Below are positions 1-8,878 of a stretch of 25,134 bases of DNA, piece by piece. Source of the DNA: an uncultured archaeon (lineage in GTDB: Archaea; Asgardarchaeota; Heimdallarchaeia; Heimdallarchaeales; Kariarchaeaceae); the NCBI GenBank assembly GCA_964645535.1, contig CAZYCQ010000049.1:1-25134 (forward strand), written 5' to 3'. The notes under the pieces were generated by a model. That model was not told the DNA's origin, did not search any database, and was given only the letters and a program-made list of their open reading frames with translations. The translations under genes were made by a program, and so were the position numbers. Positions within the stretch are counted from its first letter, which is position 1. Every line of letters starts with the position of its first letter.

Positions 1-307
1 GGACACAGGAGGAATCCTGTATAAATGTAGGTAGGTGGTAAAGCAACCATTTTGTGGTATTTAGCGTTTTAATCATCTTGAAATTTGGATCCTTTAAGAA
101 AATGGAATCAATCAGAACAAGGTTGGCTTTTTCGACACTTTTGGGAAATCGATTATTTTGGGGGAATATCACTTGGATTCCAACAGATTGAAGGGAATCA
201 AGAATATGAGAGTTATAGAGGTTTCCCCCACTTACAAATGAATAAGGATTAGGACCGACGAAAGCAATCGAAACACCTAGGTATTTATTTGAGAATTGCC
301 CGACCAA
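1..307 (-). CDS. Glycosyltransferase family 4 (GT-B), N-terminal part; runs off the left edge of the window
   Basis: Not in the ORF track. Manual translation of the minus strand from TTG at 307 is open to the edge: MVGQFSNKYLGVSIAFVGPNPYSFVSGGNLYNSHILDSLQSVG...LVLIDSIFL...WLLYHLP. SGGxxYN, a hydrophobic strand ending in DS and LxHxP are typical of the GT4 enzymes that accompany SCO6650-type PTPS genes. A GAGGT SD overlaps the upstream gene's stop codon. Confidence 0.75.
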   Translation of the reverse strand, partial: MVGQFSNKYLGVSIAFVGPNPYSFVSGGNLYNSHILDSLQSVGIQVIFPQNNRFPKSVEKANLVLIDSIFLKDPNFKMIKTLNTTKWLLYHLPTFIQDSSCV

Positions 308-318
308 ATTTCTAAACC

Positions 319-735
319 TCACAACTTGCCAAAATACGATGCAGAAAGTAAATCTGTTTCCTTCAACTCAATTTTCAGATATTTCAACGAGGGATTGATC
401 TGTCCTTCACTTCTGAGTTGGTTCAATTTGTCTCTAAGACTGTCAAAGATGTATTTTGCAAGAAATTCGGTAGTTGTCAACTTTCCCGCAAAATGAGGGA
501 TTTCATCCAAGTTTTGATAATCCAAAATTTCGAGGGTATCCTGTAAGATAGTTTTCAGCTTGACCATATCGATTACAAGGTTGTTTTCATCTAATTGAGC
601 TGCATAAGCTGAAACGATGACTGCAAATGTGGCACCGTGAAGATGCTTGGCTTTGGAAAATACCTCTGAAGGCAAGCTATGGGCAACTGAAATGAACTCC
701 TTCACTGAAACAGAATAGAAGTTGAGCAAATCCAC
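319..735 (-). CDS. 6-pyruvoyl-tetrahydropterin synthase/QueD-family (COG0720) paralog, SCO6650/PTPS-IV type
   Basis: T-fold motifs AHSL, HLHGATF, VID, LDYQNLDE, TTEFLAKYI and C-terminal ELKET. The catalytic Cys of QueD (CxxxHGH) is absent; HGAT replaces HGH. Confidence 0.85.
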   Translation of the reverse strand: MDLLNFYSVSVKEFISVAHSLPSEVFSKAKHLHGATFAVIVSAYAAQLDENNLVIDMVKLKTILQDTLEILDYQNLDEIPHFAGKLTTTEFLAKYIFDSLRDKLNQLRSEGQINPSLKYLKIELKETDLLSASYFGKL

Positions 736-764
736 GATCTTGCTTGTAGGTTTCTGTTTTAAAT

Positions 765-1298
765 CTAAGTCTCCGCGTTCAGAGTTTGTACATCAAATTC
801 AGGTAAAGCCTTTATTGGTCTTGGATGATGCAGTTCATCATCAGGATTAACCTTACCTTTTGATTCGTAGAGATCAAATTTTTCTATTCGAATGGGTTGG
901 GATAAGGGTTCAATTTTGGTGATGATTATTGCATATGATCTGATTGCATCCTTGAGATCAAACCATGTTTCCCGGTAAATGGGAGGTACCAATGGTTGAT
1001 AGGCTTTTTCATGGAAGAGTCGGTCTCTTCTTTCAATTCCTTTCAATTCTAATTCATGGGTTGCCTGTCGTGTCTCAATATCAACAAAAAAACCGTAGCG
1101 GGGGAGATATTTGAAATCCTTGACTTCGATACCGTAGGCTTGAGCGTAAAAATTAAAGATGACAGCAGGCCTATGAGAGAGATGGGAAAGGAGTTCATCA
1201 ATTTTTATTTGACGGGCATGAATCCTATATTCCTCTGGAATTTGAAAACGAATTAAAAGGTCAGGCCTTTCCACATTTGTAGTAATGAAGTGGGTCAT
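765..1298 (-). CDS. Hypothetical protein, possibly ASCH/EVE/PUA-like fold
   Basis: 177-aa ORF with ATG start, co-oriented with its neighbours. The segment YAIIITKIEPLSQPIRIEKF resembles the last strand plus P-hydrophobic motif of ASCH/EVE domains (weak). Confidence 0.6.
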   Translation of the reverse strand: MTHFITTNVERPDLLIRFQIPEEYRIHARQIKIDELLSHLSHRPAVIFNFYAQAYGIEVKDFKYLPRYGFFVDIETRQATHELELKGIERRDRLFHEKAYQPLVPPIYRETWFDLKDAIRSYAIIITKIEPLSQPIRIEKFDLYESKGKVNPDDELHHPRPIKALPEFDVQTLNAET

Positions 1299-1346
1299 AT
1301 TAAGTCTGTCATTTAATTCTCGTATCGTCTTGAACTTTTCAACTGT

Positions 1347-1796
1347 TCAATACCAAAATCTAGGGGTTTTGATTGGAAGATTTGCTGTTCGAAAAAAGGC
1401 CTCAATTTCAAAGATATCAGACCATACCACACGAAAAACTATCCTTCTCAATTTGCCGTTTAATATTCCTTCAAATCCCACGTAGGCCTTCCATTTCAAT
1501 TTTTGGGGATAAATTTGGAAACCTACCTTTGGTCTTTCCAAAACAATTTTCTTTTGCCATGGGAATGTTTTGGAAATAACCAAATCACCATTATGTACTG
1601 AAATTGGCAATTTTCTGCCTTTCAGAAAGAAGTATTGCAATAATTTGAGGAATGGGTAAAACGAAAGCAGAATAGAGGTGTCCCCGATCGAAAACAGAAT
1701 ATTTATTATCAAGACCTCTAAAAACGTCTGAAATAAGAAAAAACGATCTTTGGTATGATCATGAGTCTGTAAAATGAAATTATGCTTTGCGTCCAA
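1347..1796 (-). CDS. Hypothetical membrane protein (N-terminal hydrophobic hairpin, basic beta-rich C-terminal domain)
   Basis: Two hydrophobic stretches (FFLFQTFLEVLIINILFSI; SILLSFYPFLKLLQYFFL). TTG start 14 bp after the peroxiredoxin stop. Confidence 0.55.
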   Translation of the reverse strand: MDAKHNFILQTHDHTKDRFFLFQTFLEVLIINILFSIGDTSILLSFYPFLKLLQYFFLKGRKLPISVHNGDLVISKTFPWQKKIVLERPKVGFQIYPQKLKWKAYVGFEGILNGKLRRIVFRVVWSDIFEIEAFFRTANLPIKTPRFWY

Positions 1797-1810
1797 CCTT
1801 AGGATGACAT

Positions 1811-2290
1811 TTATACATGAGCCTTAATTGTTTCTTTCAATTCATCAAAAGGAGGATAGTTCCCAGGTGATTCTGCAACCCATTTGAAAATAATCTTTTC
1901 ATCTTTAACAGCAAAAAGAGATCGTTTTGCAACACCTTTGAAGAATCCTGCAAAATCGTTGTCCACAATGTCAAAACTTTCAATAAGCGTCTTATTGAAA
2001 TCTGAAAGAAGAGGATAGTTCAGATTATTCAATTCATGGAATTTTTGTTGACTGAAAGGAAGATCCACGGACACTCCGAAAAGCTTTGCGTTCAATTCAG
2101 CGAATTCCCCAAGGTCGTCCCTTAATTGGCAGTTTGATTCTGTACAAACGCCTGTAAATGCAGCAGGAAAGAAATAAAGAACTGTGATTCCATCTGCATA
2201 GGCATCCTTGAGATCAAAGTCTCGATCGAATCCTTCAGAAGTGGTTTTCCATAGTTTTGCACTTGGAGCAGGGTCATTAATTTCAACCAT
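1811..2290 (-). CDS. Peroxiredoxin (AhpE/BCP-PrxQ-like)
   Basis: PxxxTxxC active site (FFPAAFTGVC), a second Cys five residues later (CTESNC), GVSVD, YPLLSD and conserved Arg (AKRS). Confidence 0.93.
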   Translation of the reverse strand: MVEINDPAPSAKLWKTTSEGFDRDFDLKDAYADGITVLYFFPAAFTGVCTESNCQLRDDLGEFAELNAKLFGVSVDLPFSQQKFHELNNLNYPLLSDFNKTLIESFDIVDNDFAGFFKGVAKRSLFAVKDEKIIFKWVAESPGNYPPFDELKETIKAHV

Positions 2291-2444
2291 GGTTCGAATT
2301 AAGTCTACAATTTATTAATTCCTTTGATAACACCTATTGCTATTTCTATGAGAGTTAAATTCCCGTGGAATGAGCTATTTTGGGAATGAGGGAAGTGAAA
2401 GGGAGATTCTTTGATGAAAAACTTTACAATGGCTTCTCAAAAAA

Positions 2445-3404
2445 ATGCAAATAGTGGCTTTATTTTCTCGAAGTGTCTGGTTTGATGCACCAAACAAGGT
2501 AAGCATAAGGGATGAAGAAATTTGTGAAATAGATGAAAAGGTGATAGTAAAATCTTTGTTTTCAGGAATCAGTCTTGGCACTGAATCGCTTGTATTGAAT
2601 GGAAAGGTTCCCCAGGAAATTACCCGGCAGATGAAATTAAAGTATCAACAGGGAGATTTTAGTTTTCCCATTAAATATGGTTATTCATTAGTGGGGAAGG
2701 TAATTTCGGAGGGGAAATATACGGGAGAAATAGTGCATATTTTGCATCCGCATCAGACGCATGCAGTCGTAGAAAAGCATGATATCTTCTTGATTAATCG
2801 ATCAATTCCCTTGCCACGTGTGGCATTGATTAGCAATATGGAAACTGCGGTAAACGCCATTTGGGATGCAAAACCCTTACTTGGAGATAAGATCGCAGTA
2901 GTGGGGTTTGGTCTGATTGGATCATTGATTGCACGAATTTTGAAGGAAATCCAAGGATATGAGGTTTGGATTGATGATATATCGCCAGTAAAACAAAAAT
3001 TGGCAGGCCAAATGGGATTTAATCTTATAGGGGATCATGATGGTTCATTTGATATTGTTTTTCATAGTTCAGGGGATTACAGAGGATTACAAAAATCGAT
3101 CAAATTGGCGGGAAAGGAGGCAAAAATCATCGAACTTTCATGGTATGGAGCCAAAAGGGGAAATATTGAACTTGGAACAGAATTCCACTATCGAAGGCAC
3201 AAAATCATTTCTTCACAGGTTTCGACAGTCGCGTATCATCGAAAGGATATTGAGGAAAGGAAGCAAATCTGTTTAGATCTATTGAAGAATGACTGTTTCG
3301 ATGACCATATTACCAAGATCGTTCCGTTTAATGAGGTAAAACAGGTCTATAAGCATATTGATGCAATCAGGAAGACCGATCTGGGAGTGGTCATTCAATA
3401 TTAA
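2445..3404 (+). CDS. Medium-chain dehydrogenase/reductase (zinc-binding ADH superfamily, lacking Zn-ligand cysteines)
   Basis: SGISLGTE in place of CGxCxxD, FPIKYGYS, HPHQ, ETAVNAIWD, Rossmann GFGLIG, ELSWYG and SSQVS. This is the subfamily found with SCO6650-type PTPS genes. Confidence 0.85.
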   Translation: MQIVALFSRSVWFDAPNKVSIRDEEICEIDEKVIVKSLFSGISLGTESLVLNGKVPQEITRQMKLKYQQGDFSFPIKYGYSLVGKVISEGKYTGEIVHILHPHQTHAVVEKHDIFLINRSIPLPRVALISNMETAVNAIWDAKPLLGDKIAVVGFGLIGSLIARILKEIQGYEVWIDDISPVKQKLAGQMGFNLIGDHDGSFDIVFHSSGDYRGLQKSIKLAGKEAKIIELSWYGAKRGNIELGTEFHYRRHKIISSQVSTVAYHRKDIEERKQICLDLLKNDCFDDHITKIVPFNEVKQVYKHIDAIRKTDLGVVIQY

Positions 3405-5230
3405 TCGGATCTGTACCATGAAATGGGAATTCCTTGCTTTGTTCTCTTGGTTTCAGATCTAGGCGGTTGGATGGAAGTAATCATCAAATTGTGAATTGCA
3501 AAGAGGAAGAAAATGCCTGATGCCCACAGGATGGTATTCTTAAATGCAGCAATTCTCTGTTCTACAGTCTTAATGGCTTTGGTCATGTTTTCAAAGGCAA
3601 TAAGATATTGACGGACGGATTCTGCATATTGTCCCCTGTACCAGAGAATGGTTGCATTTACTCTTTCTGCCTCGGCCGTGAAAAGTTCTTCATGTGGAAT
3701 AAATTCCAACTTTTGGTTTTCCAACTTTGCCATAATGGTATTGAAAAGCAGAACTGAAGAGAGGTTGAACCAACCAATAAGCTTTCGGAAATAGCTCATC
3801 ATTTCAACCCCCGTAAAGTCTTTTCCATTTTTAGTTTTTCCAAATCCATAATCAGACATTGGAGTTTCAATAAAGGCAGAAATTCCGTCTTTTAGAACTG
3901 GGAGTCCAAGCAATTTTCCCACAGACCTTAACGCAAAATCACTAAGCTCTGTCGAAACTCTTTCACTTACACCCATGTTTTTCCATTTGGAGATATCAAT
4001 GATGTCAAGACCGATTAAATCGGCAGAATATTCTCTTAAACCTTTTGAGGTGTTATAGAGGAACCTAACAGGATCTTGGAAATTGAAGACAACAGACAGA
4101 AAGAAGAAACCTGAGGGAAATGCAGTATAGATTGATCTGTCTGTGCGAATTGCATTCTTTAGCTCTTCCCCTAACCGGGAATCCATAATGATAGATTTTG
4201 TACCGTTTATTATGTGGAAATTGTTGTCAATGAAAGCCTTTAGTCTAGAATTATCGTCTAGAAAGGTATAGTCTTCTTTTATCTCAATTGGCTTTGGATA
4301 AAAAGAAAAAAAAGATTGTAATTTATTACTGAAACCATTATCTCCAGTTTTTTTGTGAATTTGATAAGTTTCCGTCAATGAATTGTTATCTCCCACCACA
4401 ATTTTCGAAAAATGAAGCCTTGGAAGTGATGAATAGGACACAAAACCAAATCTTCTATAAAGGGGGCTTCCTATGATTACATTTTCGATGAGAGGGGTAA
4501 CTCGATCTTCAATGAACTTATTTACAGAATAAGTCGAGTTGATTGTATCGACCATCCTTTGACTTCCTGCAGGCAGATCCATGAAAGCGGGAGCAAATGC
4601 GTTGACATCATAGAACAGGCTTGTCGGAGAAATTGCACCCACATTTCTAAAATCTCCTCCACTCTTGTGGTAACTTCCATCTTGAGAATAATAGTACCAA
4701 TGAAAATCGTCTGATGTATTCATGAAAATGGATCCATCGATTACATGCATGGTATAGCCTTCATTTTCATCAAATTGATGAAGAAATTCCGAGAAATCGG
4801 TGACCTTCATTCCTTTTCCCGTAATGAACTGAGTGGTTCCGTTAATGCTAACAGGAACGTCAACCATCATGGTTGAATTACGTGAGAAAAAATCAATAAG
4901 TTTGGAAATGGGTTCGGGATTGACTTCAACATGGTAATTGATGTCAATCTTCCAAGCGAAGGGATAGCCAAAAATCACCTCATAGTATTGTTGAAGCAGA
5001 TCCGTGTTTTCATTCATGGTTTCAATGACCATTTGGGAAGGAAGCTGAAGCGATTGCCAGATAAGATCTGAAGAAAATCCCCAAAATTTTAGAGTGACAT
5101 CCAATGGAATGTTGGCGGGAATCAAGGCGGAATCTACAGGTCCTAAATCCAATCCTGTCATCGGAACAGTAAATGAAGATAAAAGAAGTAGGGTTGTAAG
5201 CCAGAAAGTGGTTTTACCATACCTTTGCAC
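3401..5230 (-). CDS. Secreted, C-terminally membrane-anchored protein with a degenerate metzincin-like motif
   Basis: N-terminal signal peptide (KTTFWLTTLLLLSSFTVP), many NxS/T sequons, C-terminal TM (ILWASGIFFLFAIHNLMI) and a basic tail. ALRSVGKLLGLPV...TPMSDY resembles HExxHxxGxxH plus a Met-turn. Confidence 0.7.
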   Translation of the reverse strand: MQRYGKTTFWLTTLLLLSSFTVPMTGLDLGPVDSALIPANIPLDVTLKFWGFSSDLIWQSLQLPSQMVIETMNENTDLLQQYYEVIFGYPFAWKIDINYHVEVNPEPISKLIDFFSRNSTMMVDVPVSINGTTQFITGKGMKVTDFSEFLHQFDENEGYTMHVIDGSIFMNTSDDFHWYYYSQDGSYHKSGGDFRNVGAISPTSLFYDVNAFAPAFMDLPAGSQRMVDTINSTYSVNKFIEDRVTPLIENVIIGSPLYRRFGFVSYSSLPRLHFSKIVVGDNNSLTETYQIHKKTGDNGFSNKLQSFFSFYPKPIEIKEDYTFLDDNSRLKAFIDNNFHIINGTKSIIMDSRLGEELKNAIRTDRSIYTAFPSGFFFLSVVFNFQDPVRFLYNTSKGLREYSADLIGLDIIDISKWKNMGVSERVSTELSDFALRSVGKLLGLPVLKDGISAFIETPMSDYGFGKTKNGKDFTGVEMMSYFRKLIGWFNLSSVLLFNTIMAKLENQKLEFIPHEELFTAEAERVNATILWYRGQYAESVRQYLIAFENMTKAIKTVEQRIAAFKNTILWASGIFFLFAIHNLMITSIQPPRSETKRTKQGIPISWYRSD

Positions 5231-5364
5231 ATTTGCGAAAAGGCTTTACGCTTTAAGAGGTTTGAGATTTGTAAAAATAAGGATTGAATGAGATTTTTTT
5301 AGTTCTCATTCAGAGTTAGGTCACTAGAAAAGACCTTTATTGATGGAGTAAGGATTTTGATTGC

Positions 5365-6060
5365 ATGAGTTATGAATTTGGAAGGTCAATTGTGGCAGTT
5401 TTATCCCATCCTGATGATGAATTGGGAATGGTAGGAACCTTAGCTAAACACGCCGAACTTGGTGATTCGGTTTTTATGGTCTATCTTAGCTATGGAGAGC
5501 TTACCACAAAATTTGGAAACCTTCCAATCCCTGAGATTAAGACAAGAAGGAAGGAACAGGCAGAGGAAATATCTTCCATCTTAGGGGTTAGTGACCCGAT
5601 TTTTCTGGATTTAGGAGATACCAATATACTTCCGACCAAAGAAAATGCAATTAAACTTGCAGAAATCTTGATTGATACGAAACCAAAGGCCATTGTAACT
5701 TGGGGAATCAATGCACACCATCCGGATCATCGTAATACCGGAAAACTGGTTCTTGATGCAATGACTTTTTGCAGACTGCCTAAGCTAATGCCCTCTAAAC
5801 GATCTTTTCGTGAACCGATCCGATTGTTCCATTATGTCGATCAGGATTCAATCGATCCCGTAATCTATGTTGATGTAACTCAAACTATCCAAAAAGCCAT
5901 TGCTTGTGGAGAATATTATGAACATAGATTTGGATGGGCAGAAGTTGGAAAAAGAATGGAAATTCGTAGAAGATCAAGGGGAATGGAATCGAACTGCCAA
6001 TATGCAGAAAAATTCAATGAGAAGATATTGACACATGTAGCAAAGGATCTTTTGATTTAG
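5365..6060 (+). CDS. PIG-L/LmbE family N-acetyl-sugar deacetylase (BshB/MshB-like)
   Basis: HPDDE and HPDH metal-binding motifs, SxGE, RxxE, and C-terminal YVDVT...AEKF. Confidence 0.92.
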   Translation: MSYEFGRSIVAVLSHPDDELGMVGTLAKHAELGDSVFMVYLSYGELTTKFGNLPIPEIKTRRKEQAEEISSILGVSDPIFLDLGDTNILPTKENAIKLAEILIDTKPKAIVTWGINAHHPDHRNTGKLVLDAMTFCRLPKLMPSKRSFREPIRLFHYVDQDSIDPVIYVDVTQTIQKAIACGEYYEHRFGWAEVGKRMEIRRRSRGMESNCQYAEKFNEKILTHVAKDLLI

Positions 6061-6069
6061 GCGGATTTT

Positions 6070-6462
6070 TCAAAGGATTATTATTATTGAAGTACCAAAA
6101 ATTGTGGCAATGCCTTCAACAACGTAGATAATGAAAAATGCAATCAGGGTTACCCAAACACCTCTCTCAAAGCTTGCATCTCTCATTAGGAGGGACTTGA
6201 CCGCATATGAAGAGAGGACAAAACCAAGAATTGAACCGATACCGGATGCACCTGGCAGAAAGCTGCCGATGAAACCCGCCACTGCAAATGAGGCAATCAT
6301 AAGAGCCAAGATTACAAATGCAACAATCAATGCCTTAAGGAAATAAGATCCAGTCAGTTCCACAGATCTGGTTCCAAAGAATTTCTCACCAAGAAATAAT
6401 GCAATTGCCAAAATTACTAGAGTTAGTGCCAATAGAATATATTGATCAAGCATATTTTTCAA
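6070..6462 (-). CDS. Hypothetical 4-TM membrane protein
   Basis: Four hydrophobic helices in 130 aa; follows ygfZ on the same strand after 29 bp. Confidence 0.75.
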   Translation of the reverse strand: MKNMLDQYILLALTLVILAIALFLGEKFFGTRSVELTGSYFLKALIVAFVILALMIASFAVAGFIGSFLPGASGIGSILGFVLSSYAVKSLLMRDASFERGVWVTLIAFFIIYVVEGIATIFGTSIIIIL

Positions 6463-6491
6463 ATTTCCATAGGGGTATAAAATCCATTGGA

Positions 6492-7334
6492 CTAATAATT
6501 ACCCAAAAGTTGTGTGTGGGAACTATTGATAATTTCATCGTAGATGTGATCTTCCAAATCTCTTGAATTAACCTGCCATACGAAAAATCCTCTTTTCTTA
6601 TCCAAGAAAAGGACAGTTCCGATCGCTTTTTCATTCAGGTAAGCTTTATTTTCCTTCAACGTGAAAACTTCTGTAGGATATCGGGTTCGTGCAAGTTGAA
6701 AACGAGGGCGCCCTCGATAGGTCATTCGGGAAATTGGTTCCTGTCCCAAAAAACAACCCTTTTGCAGGTCAACTATTCCCTTGAGGCCAGATTCCAGCGG
6801 GTTCAACCCCTTGAAAACGGAAAAGGGAATAAAGTCAAAAGGAGGTTCCAGAAGAGAGAAATAAGATTTTTCAGAGCCATCTTTCTTTTGAAACAGAAAA
6901 TTACCTGCTGGCAGAAAGAAAAGAGGATCCATATTGGGGAAACCTTCTGCGTCATGAGTCGCAACATAATGTAAAGGAGGAATTTCCAAGGTTATATCCT
7001 CTAATTTTATGTCCACGTTGATGTTGTATTTCAACAGATCCGTAACAGTTGATTCTTTCATTTCCGGAACAATGAACATTAAGACAGAAGTCCCGTCCAA
7101 TGAGTAAGTTCCTGAGGTCTTGACTATCCAATAGAGAGAAGTGATTTTGCCTTTGGGATTAAGGAAGGAGGAAAGATATGCTTTTTCATTTTGGAAGGTG
7201 TTCAAGTCCCTTGTTGTGAGACCATTCAAAAAAGAAACGGCATCTGGCCCGCTAATTCGTACAACCATCCATTCATTGAGAAGAAATGAAGCAGGGTCAG
7301 TGGTCACAATCTGTATTTGGAACGACAATGTCAT
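6492..7334 (-). CDS. ygfZ: Folate-binding YgfZ/Iba57 family protein (GcvT-like fold)
   Basis: Signature KGCFLGQE (KGC[YF]xGQE); N-terminal ISGPDAVSFLNGLTT and FLNPKGKI. Confidence 0.9.
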   Translation of the reverse strand: MTLSFQIQIVTTDPASFLLNEWMVVRISGPDAVSFLNGLTTRDLNTFQNEKAYLSSFLNPKGKITSLYWIVKTSGTYSLDGTSVLMFIVPEMKESTVTDLLKYNINVDIKLEDITLEIPPLHYVATHDAEGFPNMDPLFFLPAGNFLFQKKDGSEKSYFSLLEPPFDFIPFSVFKGLNPLESGLKGIVDLQKGCFLGQEPISRMTYRGRPRFQLARTRYPTEVFTLKENKAYLNEKAIGTVLFLDKKRGFFVWQVNSRDLEDHIYDEIINSSHTQLLGNY

Positions 7335-7433
7335 AAGGATTGGTTTTATTCCAAAGTACCAAAATCCATGAATTTTTGGGAAATAGAAGAGGCTGGGACA
7401 AAATGACTTAAAGTCGGTTCCTATTGATCTTTC

Positions 7434-8393
7434 ATGATGAAAAACATTCTTGTGACGGGTAGTGCTGGTCAGATTAGTTCAGAACTCATTCCTGCTTTGG
7501 CAGAGAGGGGTTATAACATTATATCATCGGACATTCGGGAGCCTCCCGAGGAAGAACTTGAATTTTCGACTTTTGTCAAATTGGATGTTACAGATATTGA
7601 GGCTATGGAAAAAGTGGTGCAGGAATACAATATTGAAGGAATAATCCATAATGCCTCCATTCTTTCTGCAAAAGGAGAAGAAAATCCTTACTTAGCAATG
7701 AATGTGAATATTAGAGGCATTGAGAATATTCTTACTGTTGCCCAGAGAAATGAGGTTGAAAGAGTGTTGTCACCTAGCTCAATTGCTGCTTTTGGACCAA
7801 GTACTCCAAAAATTGACACACCAAATGATACAATAATGCGACCAACCACAATTTATGGGATATCTAAAGTTTACACAGAATTGTTAGGAGAATATTTCCA
7901 TCACAGATTTGGAGTAGATTTCAGGTCAATCAGGTACCCCGGGATTGTTTCAGCAAAAACGCTCCCAGGTGGAGGCACAACTGACTGGGCAGTTGAAATT
8001 TTTTATGAGGCACTGCAATCCAAAAAATACACATGCTTTGTCAAACCTGATACCTTAATGCCCATGATGTTGATGCCAGATTGCATAAATGCAACAATCA
8101 AGTTGTTTGAAGTTGATGAAAACAAGCTTGTGCATAGATCATTCAATGTTGCGGCAATTTCCTTTTCTCCAGAAATGTTGGCTGAAGAAATTATGAAACA
8201 TATTCCAGATTTTGAAATCTCCTATGCACCAGATTATCGTCAGCAGATAGCAGATAGTTGGCCGAAATCCATTGATGACTCAATCGCAAGAAATGAATGG
8301 GGCTGGAAACCGTCATATGGGCTTGGAGAGCTAGTGACCTATATGCTGGATGAGCTCTCGAAAAAATTGAAATCCACGGTTCTGAATTCCTGA
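7434..8393 (+). CDS. tdh: L-threonine 3-dehydrogenase, extended-SDR (GalE-like) type
   Basis: TGSAGQI Rossmann motif, SSIAAFG, RPTTIYGISK (YxxxK), RYPG, PGGGTTD and RQQIADSWP. Confidence 0.88.
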   Translation: MMKNILVTGSAGQISSELIPALAERGYNIISSDIREPPEEELEFSTFVKLDVTDIEAMEKVVQEYNIEGIIHNASILSAKGEENPYLAMNVNIRGIENILTVAQRNEVERVLSPSSIAAFGPSTPKIDTPNDTIMRPTTIYGISKVYTELLGEYFHHRFGVDFRSIRYPGIVSAKTLPGGGTTDWAVEIFYEALQSKKYTCFVKPDTLMPMMLMPDCINATIKLFEVDENKLVHRSFNVAAISFSPEMLAEEIMKHIPDFEISYAPDYRQQIADSWPKSIDDSIARNEWGWKPSYGLGELVTYMLDELSKKLKSTVLNS

Positions 8394-8836
8394 AGTGCAA
8401 AACCTAAAATAGCAAGCTCTCTGACATTCTTGAACATCTTTTTTTCGTTTGTGATTGAACGAGGATCAAACCATTTGAGTTCATGCATTTCAGGAGAGGA
8501 AGAAGGGTTTTCTCTAGTCACAGCATAGAATATGAGATCCAGATGAATATGGTTTTCTTCAATCTTTTCCTCCAATATAATAAAGGGATGAAGCATTGGA
8601 CGAGCCCGTTCATCAAATGGGGTGAGATCGAGGTTTTTGGGTTGAAGAAATTTGCCTGTTGCGATGCCAAGCTCTTCTTTAATTTCCCTGAGCGCTGCTT
8701 GTTCATGGTCTTCATTTTCCTCGATATGACCGCCGGGAGGCATCCACGATTTCAATTTAGGATGCCAAAGAAAGAGCATTCTATCCATTGATTGGTTCAT
8801 GATATAGGTTGTAGCTGTAAAGTGACGAATGATCAT
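8339..8836 (-). CDS. NUDIX hydrolase
   Basis: Nudix box GGHIEENEDHEQAALREIKEELGI; HFTAT and HIHLD motifs. Confidence 0.92.
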   Translation of the reverse strand: MIIRHFTATTYIMNQSMDRMLFLWHPKLKSWMPPGGHIEENEDHEQAALREIKEELGIATGKFLQPKNLDLTPFDERARPMLHPFIILEEKIEENHIHLDLIFYAVTRENPSSSPEMHELKWFDPRSITNEKKMFKNVRELAILGFALQEFRTVDFNFFESSSSI

Positions 8837-8878
8837 AATGTTAAGTGAATAGAGAATAAAAAGGGTTTTTGGAAGAGA

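Noticed and set aside
319-735. Calling this gene queD (queuosine/archaeosine or 7-deazaguanine DNA modification)
   Set aside because: It lacks the CxxxHGH motif, and there are no queC, queE, folE, tgt or dpd genes nearby.
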